Part shown: positions 1-10,200 of the stretch, one piece after another
Position numbering within the stretch: position 1 is the stretch's first letter
Layout: each line of letters begins with the position of its first letter
The notes under the pieces: model-generated
Database searches by the model: none
What the model saw: the letters and a program-made list of their open reading frames with translations, nothing else
What the model was told of the DNA's origin: nothing
IMG/VR virus record: IMGVR_UViG_3300025133_009446
Coordinates: 1 to 64,000 of that record
DNA from: a virus
Reading direction: 5' to 3' (one strand)
Length of the DNA stretch: 64,000 nt
Position numbers and translations under genes: made by a program

Positions 1-284
1 GTTCTTGGAACTGAAATTAATTTAGACTTCATCATTGACGTGTTATTTGTGAAAGCTTCAAAAACTGGTGTTTGCAGAATTTCTAAATCGTAATAAGCAG
101 AGCCAGATGCGTGTGCACCTTCGGTGTGATTTGAGTTTCTAAAGCTTGCATAATTGATCTCGTCATCACCTAGTGCAAATTTTGCAATTTTAAAACTATT
201 GTCGCCTCTAGCTAGTCTAAGTCTACCTTCGTCTGTTAACACTGCATCAAGAATGATGTCTCCGGAATTGTCTAAGAATGCCAT
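1..284 (-). CDS. Conserved jumbo-phage virion (tail/baseplate-region) protein, N-terminal part; runs off the window edge
   Basis: Not in the ORF track. ATG at 284 is preceded by AAGGAG. Manual translation MAFLDNSGDIILDAVLTDEGRLRLARGDNSFKIAKFALGDDEINY... stays open to the edge and its N-terminus resembles that of ORF 6055-7200. Confidence 0.75.
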   Translation of the reverse strand, partial: MAFLDNSGDIILDAVLTDEGRLRLARGDNSFKIAKFALGDDEINYASFRNSNHTEGAHASGSAYYDLEILQTPVFEAFTNNTSMMKSKLISVPR

Positions 285-337
285 GCTTATCTCCTTTTCA
301 AATAAATAGTTACAGCATTTAAATAAATACCAATAAA

Positions 338-2611
338 CTACTTTTTCTTACCGTCGCCTTCACTTTCACCAACCAAGTGCTCATGTTTAAAATCAACATT
401 GAAATCTATCTTCTTCCCTGTTTGGCGAGAGCAAAATCTTATTTTAAATTTTCTACCAAAAATCTTATTGGCTTTTTGTCCTAATGAAATATTATCTTTA
501 TCTTGATCCGCTATCTCTACCAAGCCCTGTGCAAATGTTGGAGAAATAAAAATATATCTTTTCATTGGCTTTTGCAACAACCGCTTGTTTATTTGCCTTT
601 GTCTAATCTTCAACTCTTTTTCACTAAAGACGTTTATAATAGGATAAATAACTCCATCATTACTAACCATCTCTACCTCATATATATGCGTCGGATTAGA
701 AAAATTACCATGTGAATCAAAGACTCTAAAGGTATAATAATATTTTTTATTAGGCAAAATATCGTCAACATATGAAGATATCGGCTCATACACGGCGCCA
801 TGAAGTTTGTTTCTGAAGTCTTCATAACTTAATGGTATCGTTGGTAACCTATATATTTGGTATACATATGCATGATCGTCCCCACCATAAGAAAGCTTTC
901 TTTGCATTTTGGCAGCTTTGGGATCTTTTAGTGGATCTATATCTTGAGACATATAATAACCAGTTACTTTATATCTATCAGCTGATTCAATTATCTTTGG
1001 TACCAAATCCACTTCACCAACTTGATTAACTAAGCTGATTAAAATTTTGTTATCAACACCTTTATAGGGTGTCATGCTAACCTCTGGTGGTAATGGAGGT
1101 TTGTCTGATATCAGAATATCCTGTGATTCAGCATATGGAACCTCTACTAACCGTGGAGCCTTACCAAGAGCAAGAGGGTGTCCGAGAGCCTTGCCCGGCG
1201 AATCGCCTATAACTATTTGATATGCATATATTTTATATCGATACCCTTTAAAGTATTTAACTTGTGAATCAATTAGTTTAACCACATTAATCCTACTAGA
1301 ATTTGGAATCCAATAATTTTGAATTACATTATTTTTTGAATCTCTTTTTTCTATTCTATAAAATGCTGTTTCAGAATAACATGCAATACCATTCTGTGCT
1401 TGGCTAGTTGTTCTGGCTTTTGCTTTTAAAAGCTCTTCAGTCTTAGCCTTAAATATGAGCAAGTGCAATGCTTTTACTAAAGTGTCATTCATTAATGATG
1501 ATTCACCACCAAAACCAAGAAACACGGCGTCAGAAAAATTAGTAAAATCCTCACTTGGTTTTTCATATAGATCTTTTACGCTTGAAAACCACTCTGTAAT
1601 GTCCCAATGCCTAAGAAGTCTTTTTGTTACCTTTCCGCCGCCAAGATTGCCTGCAGGAGTGGCTACTTCAATATATGATTTTTGTGCAGCTGGTCCATTT
1701 GGTCCATATACCATTTGCATAAACATTCGACTTAATTTCGCTTCTTCTAAAATATCTGCGAACTCTGTTTTGATGTCGGTTGTGAACTCAATAGACACTG
1801 TATATGGATGCATCTCTTTAAAATTTGCTTTATCTGTCAACCATTTAACATTATTTATTGGCACTATTATGTTTTTAAATCTATTGGCTACTGATTTTGG
1901 GTTAGTCGACTCTCTTTTAAGAAACTCTTTAATCGCCTTAGTCCAAGAATCATAGTAGTCTTGATTTTTAATATACGTTTTATATGTAGATGCCTTTTTT
2001 TCTAAATAGCCATGATCAGATTTTTCATAATGAGTGATTGGAGAGGTTTCAGTTTTTATACCGAAGAAGTTAGTTGTCCCAACGGGTTGGAGGGCGGCAT
2101 GTTGCCATAGAATATTACGTAAAGCTGCGCTTGTTTTGTTTTCATCCACACCTCTAACCGATTCCAAAACATAAAGATTGGGCAAGATAGTCTCTGGTAT
2201 TGTACCTAGTGAAGACACTTCTTCATATTTTGGCATTGAAAAGTTATATTCTGGTATAAAATTAGCATATGAAAACTCTATAGAACCTTGCAAAGAAGCT
2301 CCAAGTATTCCACTGCTTAAAACGTCCATAGGCGTGAAGATCTTAAATTTATGTCGTTTTAGAACTGCTGCAGCTTCTGCTGCTTCAACTGCGAGTTGAT
2401 AGTCTGATTTTCCGGCAGCAGCCGGATCATCCATCGAACCTTTTTCTATCGTGGTTTTTGAATTATCAGTGGGATCGCTACCCCCCAACTCAGAAATCGT
2501 TTCTCCTGTGAGTTCTCCGTCACTAGCCACATCGCCCCCTAAAGGTGGAAGTTTCCCCGGCGGCTTTTCAGTGGTGAAGAATGGCACGCTTACTGCAATA
2601 AGTTTTGCCAC
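338..2611 (-). CDS. Putative virion structural protein with FN3-like beta domains
   Basis: 757-aa ORF. YYYTFRVFDSHGNFSNPT resembles an FN3 terminal strand. Lies in the tail module. Confidence 0.55.
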   Translation of the reverse strand: MAKLIAVSVPFFTTEKPPGKLPPLGGDVASDGELTGETISELGGSDPTDNSKTTIEKGSMDDPAAAGKSDYQLAVEAAEAAAVLKRHKFKIFTPMDVLSSGILGASLQGSIEFSYANFIPEYNFSMPKYEEVSSLGTIPETILPNLYVLESVRGVDENKTSAALRNILWQHAALQPVGTTNFFGIKTETSPITHYEKSDHGYLEKKASTYKTYIKNQDYYDSWTKAIKEFLKRESTNPKSVANRFKNIIVPINNVKWLTDKANFKEMHPYTVSIEFTTDIKTEFADILEEAKLSRMFMQMVYGPNGPAAQKSYIEVATPAGNLGGGKVTKRLLRHWDITEWFSSVKDLYEKPSEDFTNFSDAVFLGFGGESSLMNDTLVKALHLLIFKAKTEELLKAKARTTSQAQNGIACYSETAFYRIEKRDSKNNVIQNYWIPNSSRINVVKLIDSQVKYFKGYRYKIYAYQIVIGDSPGKALGHPLALGKAPRLVEVPYAESQDILISDKPPLPPEVSMTPYKGVDNKILISLVNQVGEVDLVPKIIESADRYKVTGYYMSQDIDPLKDPKAAKMQRKLSYGGDDHAYVYQIYRLPTIPLSYEDFRNKLHGAVYEPISSYVDDILPNKKYYYTFRVFDSHGNFSNPTHIYEVEMVSNDGVIYPIINVFSEKELKIRQRQINKRLLQKPMKRYIFISPTFAQGLVEIADQDKDNISLGQKANKIFGRKFKIRFCSRQTGKKIDFNVDFKHEHLVGESEGDGKKK

Positions 2612-2649
2612 TTAAACAACTTCCTTCGACTTCATAATTTCATTTTTTT

Positions 2650-5600
2650 TCATTTTTTCTTATATCCTTTACTTAACTTCTTCTTCTTATATCCTTTACT
2701 TAACTTCTTCTTTTTTTTTGCCTGTTTGAACAGTTTCACATTAGTGTAAATATACTCTGTTGGTATAATGCTCGATTGCATGTTCAGTGTTTTAATCATA
2801 GCTCCAACAATTTTTTTAACTCCAGAATCAGCTGATAACAAATATGGTACTTGTTTGGTTTGTTCGACATCAAGAATAAAATATTTATTATATATTTGTA
2901 AATTCATTCCAGTTTTTTTCACATTTAATTTAGAGTTTGTGTATGGAATCAATCTGCAAATAACGTTCCCTCCACCGCGATTTTTAATTATCTGCAAGGC
3001 TTCTGGGGTTAATAATTTAAATATCGGCTTACTAAGATCCGGAATAATTGGTGGTGGAGGTTGCGCGGGAAGCTGAACAACTGGAGTTGATTGATCATAA
3101 CTTTCTAAATATTCAACATTTACTAAAGAATTTTGTCTTAAAGACAATATTGCAGCGAAGTTCTCATTGCTTTTATAATTGCTTAAAGGGGCTATAGCTC
3201 CGACTGTGGCGCCTATAAATTCAGATTTTAATTGAATAGGTGTCGTATTTAAATTTATTTCATCTATATTGATTTGTGTGTCGCTTGGCGCGTGATTATT
3301 AGGATTAAAAGAGTTTGCAATTTCTGCAGAATTAAGCATTTTAGACATACCAAACACTTCAGATAAACTGTTTGTTTCCTTACCTAACAATGCTGGCTCT
3401 AGCAGCTTTTTGTACAAACCAGAAGCGTCAACCTTATCCATCTCCTTGGCATATTTTTGTTTCAAAGCTTCAACTTTTTTAGAATCTATATCCTCATTTT
3501 TATAAGCCCTTCCACTTATAGGGCTTCTTTTGTTTGATCTTTTTCCTCTTCCGCTTTTTTTCAACATCTGTTCTGCAATATCTTGTATATTCTCTGTAAG
3601 TGGGCTCTCCGCAGTAACATTTTTTTCTGCCATAATTTGTGATAAATTAAATCTCGTTCTTTGTTCACTTTTAGTTAGTCTGGATTTAAACGACGTTTTA
3701 TTTAATGGACCAAATAAAGGTATTTGTGGAGATTTTTTAAACTGATTGAGCATTAAAGCAGTTGCAACAGTTTCAGCGTACTTGCTAACATCATTCATCT
3801 CCGATTCAGATGAACCAAAACTAATCGGCTCAGTAGAAGGTAGCTGCACCATAGAGGGTGACAGTGTTGACAATGCCATTGTATTTGAAAATAGTTCTAA
3901 TGACGTTGTTCCTGTATCGCTGGCGTTAACAAATTTTGCCAAATCTGCGGCGATTACAGTTTTAAAACTATTTTCACTTATAAGATCGAGTCCGATACCA
4001 CCCTCAGTCATGGGCTTAGAGTTTTTCTTAGAAAAATAATCAAATCCAGCACCTTTTGGGGTGTCGCTATCAACCATCTCATTAAAATAAACAACCACCT
4101 TGTGTGTCAATGTGGGAGATTTACTAGTAACTGTTGTTGCTCGTGCGGGGGTATCTGCAGTGCGTCCAAGCACCATCTCTACTTTCACAAATTTAGCCAA
4201 TTGGCTTATCATGTCTTCTATCATCTTTAAAGCTACTGATATCCCATATGGACTGCCAGTTTTTGGGCTTGAAATATTAACTAAATATTCTACTAGAGCT
4301 GTGTATATGCTTGTTCTTGTTTTGTCTCGGACACCATCCCCTCCCGGCGTATTGCCCGAGTCTGCACTCTTTATTGTAATTAAATCAGCAGGCTTCATCA
4401 CACAATTCAAAACGTCCAAATAAACCTCAAATACCCCCTTCCAAGAATTATTTTTTAAAGATTGAAACTCTTGAGTAAATTTATTTGATGCAATATTCCA
4501 ATAAGGTTTTTTATCAATAGACGAATTTTTCATTGAATCCTGATAATATAGCTTAAATGTGTTAGCCACTTTTAAAAGATCTTTAAGTTTTTCTTTCAAA
4601 AACTGCATAGTGCCGTCTACAAAATCAATTTCAATCCCATATTGATAAAATCCAGCTGTTACTTCAGCTATTTGATTATCTGCAATTGTAAAAAATCTAA
4701 TGAAAGAGTTTGTTGGCAATGTCAAATGTGGCTGTATTTCTGTCACTGCACCAACTATAGTTACCCCTTTAACATCGCCACCTTTATTTACCGCATTGAT
4801 AATTATATCAGTCACCGGCTCTTCCTTGTCAAACACTGTATTTGATGATGATGGGGAGCCTAATGAATTATTAGAGAGGGTTGGTTTCATTCTCCTTCTA
4901 AAGGCTCTAAAAGATGTTATTTTTGAATAATTCATTAATTTTAAAAGATTGCTCGAATCAATCATGTCAAATAAAACTGGGAATTGACAATTTTCTTTAA
5001 CAAGCTTTTTGTAATCTAATGCAAAAAATGACTTTACTTTACCGCCAGGAGATCTAGAAATGAAAACATTGCTAAAAAAAGGATGCTTTTTTTCTATATC
5101 ATGATAAAAGCTTTTAGACTTCGCAACAGAGGAATACATTTGTTCTATCTCATTTGAAAAATCAAATTTCATTTGATTTATTTTTGAGGCTAATCGAAAG
5201 TCTTGCACCGTCAAGTTCGACACTTTTTGAAGAGTTAGATGTTCTGAAGCTTTGGTGTGTTTTTTACCTGTCATATATCCAACGTAATTAAGTGAACCAG
5301 GATTCCCAGCTGGATGATAGTGCCTTGCTCCCTTCCACAATGAACCATCTGCTCTCTTAAACACATATCCAGCAGTATTAACTTGCCCATTCCGTAAAAC
5401 AATTTCTTCTACAATATTGCCAACAATCTTTTTCTTGTGCGCCGGGACGGACCTCAAGCCTTCTATTTCAGTTAGATCCAAATAAGGTACCGCATATATG
5501 GCTAAAAATTCAGGTTCTTTTTCTAAGTCAAGTTTTTTATGAAAAGCAATATCATACGCGCCATCATTACCAACAGCATATTGAGTGATTTTAGAAAGAT

Positions 5601-6054
5601 GAGCTGTTACCTTTCGCCCTAAGGCATTAGGAACAGTGGTTGATGGACCAGAAGACTGTGGGATTTGGTGATCAGGATCACTGTAAAGGGCTGTCGCTCC
5701 AAGATCAGCATTCGAGACATTGCCATAATATTCTGCATATGCATCTGCCGTCAGATTCGGAACTTCTTTTATCGTGCCTCTTATCCACTTCAACATATAT
5801 GGTGAAAAGCCTTCTTTAGTTAAAGCATAAAAAGCAACCTTATAAACTTTTTGTATATCTTGATTGCCAAGCCATTTAGAAATAAGCCCAGGAGCAGACG
5901 TGTCCTTTAAAATACAAGAAAAATTTACGTTCAAACCACCAGTTCCGGCACTCTGAATCGAGCCATCATCTTTAAATTCGTGTGGGTTTTCTAAAACAAT
6001 GCTTTGAATGTACACATTCGGTACCAAAGTTCCAACTGGATTATTTGCTGCCAT
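2650..6054 (-). CDS. Large putative virion/baseplate-associated protein with a lysine-rich duplicated C-terminus
   Basis: 1134-aa ORF. His-rich motif WKGARHYH...YMTGKKHTKASEHL. C-terminal KKKKLSKGY x2. Confidence 0.55.
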   Translation of the reverse strand: MAANNPVGTLVPNVYIQSIVLENPHEFKDDGSIQSAGTGGLNVNFSCILKDTSAPGLISKWLGNQDIQKVYKVAFYALTKEGFSPYMLKWIRGTIKEVPNLTADAYAEYYGNVSNADLGATALYSDPDHQIPQSSGPSTTVPNALGRKVTAHLSKITQYAVGNDGAYDIAFHKKLDLEKEPEFLAIYAVPYLDLTEIEGLRSVPAHKKKIVGNIVEEIVLRNGQVNTAGYVFKRADGSLWKGARHYHPAGNPGSLNYVGYMTGKKHTKASEHLTLQKVSNLTVQDFRLASKINQMKFDFSNEIEQMYSSVAKSKSFYHDIEKKHPFFSNVFISRSPGGKVKSFFALDYKKLVKENCQFPVLFDMIDSSNLLKLMNYSKITSFRAFRRRMKPTLSNNSLGSPSSSNTVFDKEEPVTDIIINAVNKGGDVKGVTIVGAVTEIQPHLTLPTNSFIRFFTIADNQIAEVTAGFYQYGIEIDFVDGTMQFLKEKLKDLLKVANTFKLYYQDSMKNSSIDKKPYWNIASNKFTQEFQSLKNNSWKGVFEVYLDVLNCVMKPADLITIKSADSGNTPGGDGVRDKTRTSIYTALVEYLVNISSPKTGSPYGISVALKMIEDMISQLAKFVKVEMVLGRTADTPARATTVTSKSPTLTHKVVVYFNEMVDSDTPKGAGFDYFSKKNSKPMTEGGIGLDLISENSFKTVIAADLAKFVNASDTGTTSLELFSNTMALSTLSPSMVQLPSTEPISFGSSESEMNDVSKYAETVATALMLNQFKKSPQIPLFGPLNKTSFKSRLTKSEQRTRFNLSQIMAEKNVTAESPLTENIQDIAEQMLKKSGRGKRSNKRSPISGRAYKNEDIDSKKVEALKQKYAKEMDKVDASGLYKKLLEPALLGKETNSLSEVFGMSKMLNSAEIANSFNPNNHAPSDTQINIDEINLNTTPIQLKSEFIGATVGAIAPLSNYKSNENFAAILSLRQNSLVNVEYLESYDQSTPVVQLPAQPPPPIIPDLSKPIFKLLTPEALQIIKNRGGGNVICRLIPYTNSKLNVKKTGMNLQIYNKYFILDVEQTKQVPYLLSADSGVKKIVGAMIKTLNMQSSIIPTEYIYTNVKLFKQAKKKKKLSKGYKKKKLSKGYKKK
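2657..2710. repeat. 27-bp perfect tandem duplication (2 copies) encoding KKKLSKGYK
   Basis: ttcttatatcctttacttaacttcttc occurs twice in tandem. Confidence 0.9.
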
Positions 6055-7200
6055 TTAACACGTTTCCTCTGGATCTGACGTCGTTGCTGCTGTGGTGGTA
6101 CCAACGGTATCATATACATTAACAACGGCTGTTTTTTGCCCTCTTTTATATTGTCTACAGTTAAACTCTTTATCTAAGTATAAATCGTTTGGCGTGTTGG
6201 AAGCATTTGCACAAATAATGCTTGCTGGTATTTCATCATCTCTTAAAATCTTAATATAATAATCTGCAAATTCAGAGTTCATAGAATCCATTCCAAGCTC
6301 TAGTTCCTCTTCAGAAAACAATCCTAAATCAACAATATCTTCGTTTACATCTTTTTCTTTGCTAAGAAATAGAGAATTCAATTGCTCTTTTCCATCCTTG
6401 CCTTTAATAACTTCATATATTTCAATATCAAAATTTTCTTTAGTATAGGCTGCATTATTTTCCACTATCTCAAACAACAAGTAATCAGCATGTACATTTG
6501 GTATTAATTTGCCAAATTCCACCTCTTCAGGATCGTAGTTCAAAGCACCAAGATCGTCCATATCAGAACCAAACTCATCGCTTCCATCGCCATCTGTGGT
6601 TGTCATTAAAGGAAAATCTCGTTGTGGCACTTCCTCATCAGCAAAAAACGTTTTATATTTCAAATCAATGTCTAGTTGAGGAATTCTCACTGTTGGTTTA
6701 TAACCATCTTCAAATAAATCAGAGCCAGTTATTGCTGTAGTTGTTTTTTTAATTTTTCCATGTAAAAGAGTTACATCCCACGCTGGAGCATAATTCGACA
6801 TATAGTCTGATGTACCAAGAGGTTGCATCATAACATACTGATTATCAAATTGTCTTAAATTAAAAGTCTTTTGCATGCCTTCATCAAAAACATTATCAGC
6901 TTCAATAGGATCAAATCCTGACTGTCTGATTTGTTCACTAACAAATTCATTTAATTTTTTTATTTCATCTTCTACGCTACTGAATATATATTGCGACTTC
7001 AATCTTGGTGTTTCATTTTTAATTCTTGTAGGAACATCGCTCGCTGTTTCTTGATGATTCGCATAATCCACATCATAAAGAACATCATCATCAAAAAAAG
7101 CATAAAAGTGAGGCTTAAATATTCCTTTAGACAATTTATATTTGCCAAATTGAGTTAATTCAACATCAATAACTTCTTCCTTTTTATTAAAAAATTCCAT
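6055..7200 (-). CDS. Acidic putative virion protein sharing its N-terminal domain with the ORF at 1-284
   Basis: 381-aa ORF beginning MEFFNKKEEVIDVELTQFGKYKLSKGIFKPHFYAFFDDDVLY. Confidence 0.55.
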   Translation of the reverse strand: MEFFNKKEEVIDVELTQFGKYKLSKGIFKPHFYAFFDDDVLYDVDYANHQETASDVPTRIKNETPRLKSQYIFSSVEDEIKKLNEFVSEQIRQSGFDPIEADNVFDEGMQKTFNLRQFDNQYVMMQPLGTSDYMSNYAPAWDVTLLHGKIKKTTTAITGSDLFEDGYKPTVRIPQLDIDLKYKTFFADEEVPQRDFPLMTTTDGDGSDEFGSDMDDLGALNYDPEEVEFGKLIPNVHADYLLFEIVENNAAYTKENFDIEIYEVIKGKDGKEQLNSLFLSKEKDVNEDIVDLGLFSEEELELGMDSMNSEFADYYIKILRDDEIPASIICANASNTPNDLYLDKEFNCRQYKRGQKTAVVNVYDTVGTTTAATTSDPEETC

Positions 7201-7230
7201 CTATATAATTATCCTCAAAGTAAAAAATCA

Positions 7231-10200
7231 TTAACCATAACCTCCACCAGTTCCGCCTCCCCCTGGACCTTTATTAAACTGCCCTGCTTGTGAGGCAGCG
7301 CCTGCGGCGCTACCTGCAACCACATTAGTGGTTGCTTGATTTGTCGTTTGTATCAACGTACCAATGCCCGCTTGTGTGTTTTGCTGCATATTTGTCGTTA
7401 TAGGCGGAAGATTAGCTGGTGATGCGTCGGGTGCAGCAGTTGCCAGCGCTTGGGCTATTTCTAAGTCTTGTTGACTCAGTACGCCAAAGGCTTTTGTAAT
7501 TTGTTGTAAGTATCCTGCCGCTTGTGCCGCACCTACGCTGGATCCCACAGCGCCTTGTTGTGACGGCAGCCAAGTGATAAGTGGACCAATCGTTCCTTGT
7601 GCAGCATCTAGTGTTGGTGGCGGCGCTGCAAAGTCTGGATTGCCCATGATTAACGTACTGTCCAATTTAACCAACTCTACCAAGGAGCAAAAGTCAAAAG
7701 GCCAATTATAGTTGTAGTCTGGAACTGACTCTTTTTCTGCGCCACCATCCCCAACTTCAAAATTAAATTTAAATCTTTTATCATCTTTTGCATCAGCTGT
7801 CATAGTAAAATAATTCCAGGCGGCTTTTTGTTTAACTTTAAAAACCATCCACTGTATTTCAGAATCAAAAATATCTATTATTGCCTTTCCACTGTTGTTG
7901 TTCTGTTTAAATATGTCCACTGGTAAAGACGAATTTTTCTTAACATAACTTCTTCCAATGTCGGGCGGGAGATTCTGCCATATTTTTGATAAATCTTCTT
8001 GAGTTAAATTAACTTCAAACTCAAATATAAACATAGCAAAAGGATCTACTTCTCCGTTTTTATAAGTTGAAAAATCAAACTGCGGTGGAAATACGTACTT
8101 TTTCATCTTTTTAACCATATTTATTATATCTTTTGATGGACGCATATTTGGCTGCTGCCCCACAATTTTATTGTAAGTCCCTACTTGTTCAGCCAAGTAT
8201 AGTTCAGCCAAATCAATTGTAGTGCGAGATATGTTAAAAAATTGTTTTTCCTCTTTTCCTATATTAATAAACGGAATTGCAATAACCGCTTCAGACATTT
8301 TTCTAGATAAAGCTATTTCTCCTATTCTTTTTTCTGCCTTGCTAAATCCCACCAGATCTGAAAGTGATTTTTCATTAAAATCGCCATCTTGCATTTGCAA
8401 AAAGATCCCCTTGCCGGATGATGGCACTTGCCCATATTGATGCCACATACCCCTAGCAACAGAACCAGAACCACTTACTGGTAACGTTACATTACAATTT
8501 GAAAAATCTAAAACAGGAGTTTCAAATTTAGGTTGAATCACCCATTTACTATTTACTGCTTGTGATATCTCTTTAGGATTACCAAGGGCATCAAAAATCA
8601 CCTGTGGTACAGATGTCATTTGTTTATAGTTTACAGAAGCGGTTAATTGCATATTTGCGCACTGAGCAGCGCTCGAATCACCGACTGCGTTGGTGAGGTT
8701 GGTGCCCATTCTACGCACGCTAGCTGTCATTTCATTCATTATATCATTTAAACTATATTTCTCTGTTCTTGTTGGGGTAAATTCAAATTTGATTTCGCTA
8801 TATCCATCATAATATGGTGGTGTATAGGCACTATAAGAGGCGCTTGATGGGTGTGCGTAAAAGGCTTCATAAAGATCAGTGATCAATGAGCCGGGAGTAT
8901 ATGGTGGACCAAAACCAGAACCGTATACATCTTCGTCGGTTGTGAAATTTCGAAACGTGCCACCATTGGCTCTACCTCTTTTTTCGCTACCAAACTGCCA
9001 TGGCATCTTCCGCCCATATTTTGAATCATAGGGTCCACCGCGAGCTTCGCTTCCCAAGCGCTTGTACATCGTCACAGTGCTTGGATTATAGTTGAAACTA
9101 GCTGAATAATAATATGCCTCGTCGGCAATCAGACCTGGCGCAGCTTTGATTGTGATGATTTGATTAAGCGTTCTAAACTGTGCATGAGACATTACTAATT
9201 TTCCTACATATTCCGTTCCTTCGACAGCATTACCAAAATTAGGATCATTTTCAGGCAATGACGCTATCGTTGTGAGTGAGGAATCCTTCTTAAAAAAATC
9301 AACCGTAGATGCCAAAAAGTTATGCATAGCCATTTTATAGTTTGGAGCACCCGCACCAACAAGAGATGCAGTCACATTAAAACTAGATGAATAGTGGGGA
9401 TCGTCATCTGCTACCATAACCCCGCCTAAGTAAGCAGGATTTTCTGGTTCAACCAGCGATTCAAATGGCACTCGCTGATCAAACAACCCCCTATTTCTTG
9501 GAATTCCATTATCTGGAGTTAATATTGTTCCCGTAACATTGTGATCGCCCGTATAGATTGGATAATCAACAGCAACACCAGATTTAATTGTATTATACAA
9601 AATCCCAGGAGCAAACATGCATTGCCATAGCGGGCGAGCATCTCTTGGTGCGCCAGTAACTGCTCCAAGCGCTTGTCCAGAAACCATACTAATTGCGGCA
9701 TCATCGCCTTCTGTTAGAATATTGTCTTTATAAGAATCCCAGAATAATTTTACCAAATCCAATGTACGCTGAGCGGGGTAAAAGCCTTTATAGGGTAAAA
9801 ATTTAACAATTCCGTTGCACTCTAAAGTAAAAGACTGTACAGAGCGATTTAAAACACCTTGATAGTCTTCTTTAACCAAACCAGCAAGTTTCATGAAATC
9901 AGTCGAAGAATAGACAGTAAATCTATCAGACATTGGTAAGCGCCCAGCTACTGAGCCCGTCATATCCATAACCCCTGGTACCTCAAAAGCTCCAGTGTTA
10001 TCAGCCAAGAAATCCCCACCTTTTTGATTAACATAGTAATTCATATGTTCAGAAATTCTAAATTCAGGAATTAAACCATAATCTTTTCCTACTCTCTTAA
10101 TATCTTCAATGTAATCAGAATAAGAATTATAGAAAGGTTCTACGCCCGCTTGTTCGGCTGCTTCCCACTTTGTGTCGCCTGCATATATTCTTGTGCCGTC

